From positions 1 to 62,516 of the forward strand of contig JBDTZG010000030.1 of assembly GCA_040005235.1 (NCBI GenBank): DNA of 62,516 bases, read 5' to 3'. This DNA is from Acidobacteriota bacterium (GTDB taxonomy: Bacteria; Acidobacteriota; Thermoanaerobaculia; Multivoradales; UBA5704). The notes under the pieces are model-generated. The model saw nothing but the letters and a program-made list of their open reading frames with translations. It was not told the DNA's origin and did no database searches. Positions 56,085 to 62,516 of this stretch are shown here, one piece after another; position 1 is the first letter of the stretch, and each line of letters begins with the position of its first letter. The position numbers and the translations under genes are program-made.

Positions 56085-56753
56085 TCATAGCGGAGCCTCG
56101 GCTCCCGTCCGGTCGGCCAGCCGGATGGCCCGCGTTCCCCGGACGCCGCGAAAGCGCGCCGGCAGAGCGACGCCCCCCTCAGCCAGGCGCAGCCTCGTGC
56201 GGCCGACGATCGAGTCGATCGTGTTCGGTTGAAGGCGCCCTGAGCAGGCGACCGAGATCTGCGTGCTGCTCCAGCCGGCAAGCCCCAGGCTCACGATCAC
56301 CACGTCCCGCCCGGGGGTCCGGCCGCCGACGATCTGGCGCCAATGAAGGACGGTCTGGCGCAATCTTTCGAGCGCGAGCAGCGAACGCTCGGGCGACGGG
56401 GAGCGGTCGACGCAGCAGGCCGCCAACCGGTCCGGGCCGATGTCGGCCAGGCCGCGCAGCTTGCCGAAGCCGCGCTTCGCCGTTCGTTCGCTACGGACGC
56501 GGTCGAAAGCCACCCTCTCGCCCACCCGCGCGATGAACGCCGAAAGCCCCTTCTCTTCCCCCTGGTCCGGCGCGAGCCGGCCCGAGGACAACAGGCGGCA
56601 GTAGCTCTCTTGGACCAGCTCCTCGACGTCTTCGATCTGCGGTTCGACTCCGGCGCGCCGCAGCGCGCCGCGGATCGAGGCGCAAAGGCGCGGCGAATGA
56701 CGCGCGACCAGCGCGCGCCAGCGCTCCTCCTCGACTAATTTCTTGGGCTTCAT
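56085..56753 (-). CDS. ECF-like sigma-70 factor
   Basis: Region 2 DVEELVQESYCRL..VAFDRVR..KRG; region 4 GWSSTQIS..NTIDSIVGRTRLRL. Confidence 0.75.
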   Translation of the reverse strand: MKPKKLVEEERWRALVARHSPRLCASIRGALRRAGVEPQIEDVEELVQESYCRLLSSGRLAPDQGEEKGLSAFIARVGERVAFDRVRSERTAKRGFGKLRGLADIGPDRLAACCVDRSPSPERSLLALERLRQTVLHWRQIVGGRTPGRDVVIVSLGLAGWSSTQISVACSGRLQPNTIDSIVGRTRLRLAEGGVALPARFRGVRGTRAIRLADRTGAEAPL

Positions 56754-57022
56754 TTTCCGCTCCTGGGCAGGGGAGCGGAGGTGGAGCGGCGCTGCGTGGA
56801 AACAAAAAAGCCCTACGGCCCCTGCGGCGATCCGATTCCGGATCGAGCCGCAAGGGGCGAAGGGCAGGAGAAATGATACTCGAAAACTAGGGGCTGGTAA
56901 AGGAAGGGCTGTTTCTTCGCCGCTTTCTTGGGTCTCTCGCTGGCCGGTGCCCGCAGGGAGTGACCAGCCAATCGACCCACGACTCGGAATCGACCGGCCT
57001 TCCGTGGGAAACTAGAGTTCCT

Positions 57023-57727
57023 ATGACTCGGCTCTCGGTCGTCATCCCCGCGTACAACGAACACGCCACGATTCATAACCTGCTCCAGCGGGTGGCCGCG
57101 GCACCCCTTCCGCCCGGGGTGACCCTGGAAATCGTAGTGGTGGACGACGGTTCGAAAGACGGCACGCGCGATCTCCTGCGCGAGATCGCGGTGCAAGCCA
57201 ATCCGGAGATCCTGCTGATCGAGCAGCCGGAGAATCGGGGCAAAGGCGCCGCCATCCGCACCGGGTTCGCCGCCGCGACCGGCGACGTCCTGCTGATCCA
57301 GGACGCCGACCTCGAATACGACCCGCGCGACTATCCGGTGCTGCTCCAGCCGATCCTCGACGACGAGGCGGACGTGGTGTTCGGCTCGCGCTTCCTGGGG
57401 GGGCCGCACCGGGTGCTGTTCTACTGGCACTCGGTGGGGAACAAATTCCTGACCATGCTGTCTAACATGATGACCGACCTCAACCTGTCGGACATGGAGA
57501 CCTGCTACAAGGTATTCCGCCGCGAGGTGCTCGACGGGATCGTCCTGCGCTCGAACCGCTTCGGCATCGAGCCCGAGCTGACCGCCAAAGTGGCGAAACG
57601 CGGTGCGCGAGTGTACGAAGTGCCGATCCACTACCACGGGCGCACCTACGCGGAAGGCAAGAAGATCGGGTGGAAAGATGGGGTCTCCGCGATCTGGTCG
57701 ATCCTCCGCTACAATTTCACCGACTAG
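57023..57727 (+). CDS. GT2 glycosyltransferase (DPM1-like)
   Basis: [31 protein letters not shown]. Confidence 0.92.
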   Translation: MTRLSVVIPAYNEHATIHNLLQRVAAAPLPPGVTLEIVVVDDGSKDGTRDLLREIAVQANPEILLIEQPENRGKGAAIRTGFAAATGDVLLIQDADLEYDPRDYPVLLQPILDDEADVVFGSRFLGGPHRVLFYWHSVGNKFLTMLSNMMTDLNLSDMETCYKVFRREVLDGIVLRSNRFGIEPELTAKVAKRGARVYEVPIHYHGRTYAEGKKIGWKDGVSAIWSILRYNFTD

Positions 57728-57814
57728 TAGGTCCGCAACCTCGAACCAACCTTTCTCCAGCTCCTGGAATCCGAGCAAGACGATTCGGCCCGCGGGCTCG
57801 TACCAAGAGGGCGC

Positions 57815-58828
<1,014 letters not shown>

Positions 58829-58834
58829 GGGACC

Positions 58835-59836
58835 ATGCCCCGCCGCGAAACCCCCGAAGGAATTCGAATCACCAAGGTCGGGGTCTGGTTCGTCCTGTTC
58901 ACCCTGGTGGTGGCGGTCGCGGCGACCAATACGGGCAACAATGCGCTCTACATCACGCTCGCGGCGATGTTCGGGGCGCTCACGATCTCCGGCATCGCCT
59001 CGCGGCAGAACATCAGCGCACTGATCGTCGCCCTCGATCTGCCGGGGGAGGTCTTCGCGAACCAGATGTTCTCCGCGGCGTTCACGCTCACCAGCCGACG
59101 CCGGTTCCTGCCGCGCTGGTTCTTGCTCTTTTCGCTCGACGGCGCCGGCCGGCCTCTGCTCGTGCCCTATCTACCGCGGCGAGGAAAGAGCCGCGGCCGC
59201 ATCGATCTTCTTTTAGGGAAGCGCGGCCGGCATCGCGTTCCCGACGCCCATGTGTCGAGCCTGTTTCCCTTCGGGTTCTTCTCTAAAGGGTCGCGCTACC
59301 GGTTGGATGCGGAGGTCCTGGTCTTCCCCGAGCTGTTCCCGTCGGATGGCATTCACCTCGCGGAGGCCGAGCCGATGGGGGACGATCCCTCCCGTCGGAT
59401 CGGTTGGGGGCACGATCTCCATTCGCTGCGCGCCTTCCGGCGCGGCGACGATCCGCGGAGCATCCATTGGAAGCAGACCGCGCGCACCGGCAACATGGTC
59501 TACATGGAGCGCGAGAGCGAGCGCAACCGCCGCCTGTCGATCCTGTTCGACAACGGAGTCGGGCCGTTGGTCGATCCGCTGGCCGCCCAACGGTTCGAAC
59601 GGTTGGTGAGCGAAGCGGCGACCGCCGCGGTCGAGCACCTGGCCCGCGGCTACGAGATCGAGCTGGTGGCGCGCGACGGGCGCTGGCCCTATGCGACCGG
59701 TGCGCGCCAACGCCGCGCGATTCTCGAAGCGCTGGCCTTGATCCAACCCGTCGCCCCGGCGGCGGAGCCCCTGCTCGCGAGCGACCCGCGCGCACCCTTC
59801 CTGGCGCTGCGGCTTGAAGTGGAGCGTGCGGCATGA
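58835..59836 (+). CDS. DUF58 domain protein
   Basis: NTGNN, FPFG, LRAFRRGDDPRSIHWKQTAR. Confidence 0.9.
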   Translation: MPRRETPEGIRITKVGVWFVLFTLVVAVAATNTGNNALYITLAAMFGALTISGIASRQNISALIVALDLPGEVFANQMFSAAFTLTSRRRFLPRWFLLFSLDGAGRPLLVPYLPRRGKSRGRIDLLLGKRGRHRVPDAHVSSLFPFGFFSKGSRYRLDAEVLVFPELFPSDGIHLAEAEPMGDDPSRRIGWGHDLHSLRAFRRGDDPRSIHWKQTARTGNMVYMERESERNRRLSILFDNGVGPLVDPLAAQRFERLVSEAATAAVEHLARGYEIELVARDGRWPYATGARQRRAILEALALIQPVAPAAEPLLASDPRAPFLALRLEVERAA

Positions 59837-61926
59837 AGTTCGCCCGCGGCAAGCGCATCGCGCTCGGCTGGCTGGCGCTCTTGGCGCCTCTGCCCCTGCC
59901 GTGGAACGACGTGCTCGAGTGGCCGGTGTTCATCGTCTACTCCACCCTGGTGGTGCTCTTCCTGCGCCGCGCCGCCCGCGATCCCGAGCGCTGGCTGCCG
60001 ACGTGGGCGATGAACGTGATCGGCCTCGCCTACCTGCCGCTGTTCTACGTCGATTTGACGATGCTCGGCGGCGGCAGGCTGGTCGGCCCGGTGTTGCATC
60101 TGGGCCTGTTCGCCCTGGTGGTCAAGCTGTTTGCGTTGAGAAAAGAGCCGGACAAATGGCAGGCCGTGATCGGCATCTTCTTTCTCTTCCTGGCCGCGAT
60201 GGGCACCAGCGTCCACCCCTCGATCGTGCTCTACCTCGCGGGCTTCGTCGCGGTGTCACTCGCCCTGTTGGCGCGCTTCGCCTGGTTTCACGTCCTAGGG
60301 CAGTACGGCCACGACGAGACGGGTTTCGGCAGAGTGCCGCTCGGCGGATTCCTCACCCTGGCGACCGTCGGCTCGCTGCTGCTCGCCGTACCGTTCTTCG
60401 CGCTGCTGCCGCGCGTCCGCACGCCCTACATCGTCGGCCGCGGTGCGAGTATGGGCGCCGAGCTCGAAGCGGCCGGCTTCACCGACGACGTGACGCTCGA
60501 CTCGATCGGTCAGATCCGCAACAGCCGCGACGTCGCGCTGCGCCTTCAGTGGCAGCAAGGCTCGGCGCCGGAAGATCCGGAAAACATGCGGTGGAAGGCC
60601 GCGACCTACGATCTGTTCGGCGGTGTCACGTGGCGGCGGTCGCCGCCGGGAGGGTCGCTTCCACGCGGCCGGGGCCTTCGCTACACGCTGCGCGCCGATC
60701 CGCCCATCCGCTGGGCGACCCTCTGGCTGCGCCCTCTGCACAGCACCAGCCTGCCGCTGCCGGTCGAGACCGCGATCGTCGAGCCCGGCGTCCTCTCTCT
60801 CTCGGTCGACCAGGGGGGGGCGGTCCTCTTACCCCACACGATTCTCGACACGCTCCAATATCGCGTGGGTCTGGCCCGGCAGCCGGTCCTGCTCGGCGAA
60901 CCGCCCCCGCCGCAAGGCGGCCCGACCCTCAACACGGAAGGCGTCACCCCCCGTATGCGCAAGCTCGCAACGGAAGTGATGGGCCAGGGCACGGTGGCGG
61001 AGCGCGTCTCTCGCCTGGAAAACCATCTGGTCCAGAAGTTCGACTACTCGACCACCCTGCTCGGCGCCGGGCCGAACGGCAACCCGCTCGACACCTTCCT
61101 GTTCGAAACCCGCCGCGGCCACTGCGAGCTGTTCGCCTCGTCAATGGTCCTGCTGCTCCGCACCCAGGGGATTCCCGCCCGACTGGTCACGGGCTTCCTG
61201 GGCGGCGAATACAACCCGTTCGAAGGGTACGTGATCGTCCGCGACAGCAACGCTCACGCCTGGGTGGAGGCCTACGTCGGCCCTGGCCCGAACGAGGGTT
61301 GGAGGATCTACGATCCCACCCCGCCCGCCGGCCGGCCGAGCACGGACGACGGCGGCGTCTGGCGCCTCGGCCAGCAGGCCTACGACTTCATGCTCTTCCG
61401 CTGGGATCGCTACGTCCTCACCTTCGGAGTGGGCGACCAGGCCGAAATCCTCCGCCGGCTCTACTCCGCCTGGACGAGCCTGCGCAACCTGTTTGCGGGC
61501 CCGAAGAAGGGCGATTCCAACGCGTCGGACGAACCGGTGGCCATCCCCGCGCCGCAACAAAACCCGGCCGCCCCCACCACCGCCTCGCCCGTAGCGATCG
61601 CAGGAGCCGTGGTCTTCCTCCTCGCAACGCTGGCCTTCATTCTCTGGCTCGTCCTGCGGCGTAAACCCCTGACCCCGGCCGCCGCCTACCAACGACTCCG
61701 CCAACGAATGGCCCGAGGAGGAGTCCCCCTCCCCGGCTCGCTTCCGCCGCTGGCCGTCCGCCAGCTCGCGAAAGACAAATACCCCGACGCCGCAGCCCCG
61801 GCCGCCCGAATCATCGACTTCTACGTCCGCGAAACCTACGCCGGAAAGCCGCTCCAAGAAACCGAACAAGAAGACCTGCGAACGGCGCTCAAAGAAGCCG
61901 AAGCCGGTCTCCGCAAAGCGGGGTGA
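59833..61926 (+). CDS. Membrane transglutaminase-domain protein (TgpA/DUF3488-like)
   Basis: N-terminal TM segments; triad GHCELFA, AHAWVE, YDPTP. Confidence 0.9.
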   Translation: MKFARGKRIALGWLALLAPLPLPWNDVLEWPVFIVYSTLVVLFLRRAARDPERWLPTWAMNVIGLAYLPLFYVDLTMLGGGRLVGPVLHLGLFALVVKLFALRKEPDKWQAVIGIFFLFLAAMGTSVHPSIVLYLAGFVAVSLALLARFAWFHVLGQYGHDETGFGRVPLGGFLTLATVGSLLLAVPFFALLPRVRTPYIVGRGASMGAELEAAGFTDDVTLDSIGQIRNSRDVALRLQWQQGSAPEDPENMRWKAATYDLFGGVTWRRSPPGGSLPRGRGLRYTLRADPPIRWATLWLRPLHSTSLPLPVETAIVEPGVLSLSVDQGGAVLLPHTILDTLQYRVGLARQPVLLGEPPPPQGGPTLNTEGVTPRMRKLATEVMGQGTVAERVSRLENHLVQKFDYSTTLLGAGPNGNPLDTFLFETRRGHCELFASSMVLLLRTQGIPARLVTGFLGGEYNPFEGYVIVRDSNAHAWVEAYVGPGPNEGWRIYDPTPPAGRPSTDDGGVWRLGQQAYDFMLFRWDRYVLTFGVGDQAEILRRLYSAWTSLRNLFAGPKKGDSNASDEPVAIPAPQQNPAAPTTASPVAIAGAVVFLLATLAFILWLVLRRKPLTPAAAYQRLRQRMARGGVPLPGSLPPLAVRQLAKDKYPDAAAPAARIIDFYVRETYAGKPLQETEQEDLRTALKEAEAGLRKAG

Positions 61927-61931
61927 ACCCC

Positions 61932-62300
61932 ATGAAGCTAACCCTCTACGAAAGCCGCTTCGCCATCTGCCGCCTGGAACCCCAAGATCCCATCCCCGAC
62001 TGGGTGGACGGCGCCCTGCTGTCGATCACCCGAACGCCAAGGGAGCTGTCCATCCTCTGCGCCGAAAGCGCCGTGCCGGAAGGGGTGCGCGCCGAAATTG
62101 GATTTCGGGCTCTGGAAGTCTTGGGGCCGCTAGATTTCTCCGCCGTGGGAATCTTGGCGAGCCTGGCCACACCGCTGGCCGAAGCCGGGATTTCGATTTT
62201 GGCGGTGGCTACGTTCGATACGGATGTGGTGTTGGTGCGGGAGGGGGATTTGGAAAAGGCGGTGGAGGCGCTCCGCGGGGCGGGGTTCGAGGTGGGGTAG
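61932..62300 (+). CDS. ACT domain protein
   Basis: SITRTPRELS, GPLDFSAVGILA, LAEAGISI, TFDTD. Confidence 0.88.
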   Translation: MKLTLYESRFAICRLEPQDPIPDWVDGALLSITRTPRELSILCAESAVPEGVRAEIGFRALEVLGPLDFSAVGILASLATPLAEAGISILAVATFDTDVVLVREGDLEKAVEALRGAGFEVG

Positions 62301-62516
62301 AGGGCGTTGCCCCGGTTTTTCCCAACCCAGGGCGTTGCCCCGGGCTACCTTGGGCTGCCCCTTCGGGGCGGGCGACAGAGGTCGATGTTGCGATGATGCC
62401 CGCCCCAACGGGGCGGATTACGTTAGCCCAGGGCAACGCCCTGGGTTGGGAAAAACCGGGGCAACACCCCTACCCTACCTCGAACCCCGCCCCGCGAAGC
62501 GCCGACACCGCCTTCT
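62254..62516. repeat. About 93-bp inverted repeat (62254-62347 / 62424-62516) containing REP-like CCCAGGGCGTTGCCCYGGGCTA units
   Basis: Direct comparison of the two arms shows near identity. Confidence 0.85.
62470..62516 (-). CDS. 3' end of a second, convergent ACT-like gene (partial)
   Basis: Minus strand reads KAVSALRGAGFEVG* versus KAVEALRGAGFEVG* in the plus-strand gene. Confidence 0.5.
   Translation of the reverse strand, partial: KAVSALRGAGFEVG

Overview
High-GC bacterial chromosomal segment. The gene content (acidobacterial-type VWA proteins, many TPR proteins, FadL porin) suggests Acidobacteriota, probably Thermoanaerobaculia; this is inference. Housekeeping blocks: nucleoside-type ABC transporter, phoB-phoR-phoU/ppx with two clear Pho boxes, menG/ubiE-folD-coaE-rdgB, arcA-arcC-OTCase, purB, rlpA, HU, rsmB, fmt and MoxR-DUF58-transglutaminase. 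Accessory content: several toxin-antitoxin modules, an orphan PrnC-like halogenase and REP-like repeats. Main candidate for an undescribed system: two paralogous TPR receptor genes, one with an N-terminal XRE HTH and one with a zinc-finger anti-sigma-like domain. Each lies next to a small secreted pro-peptide carrying the same G-x-x-[IF]-D-[PST]-x-G motif. This resembles RRNPP peptide signalling but in a diderm lineage. The first pair is flanked by two copies of a palindromic operator, by stand-alone HTH and TPR fragments, and by a 50-aa lanthipeptide-like precursor absent from the ORF track. No rRNA, tRNA, CRISPR array, integrase or transposase was recognised. All product calls come from motif recognition by eye; no database searches were run.
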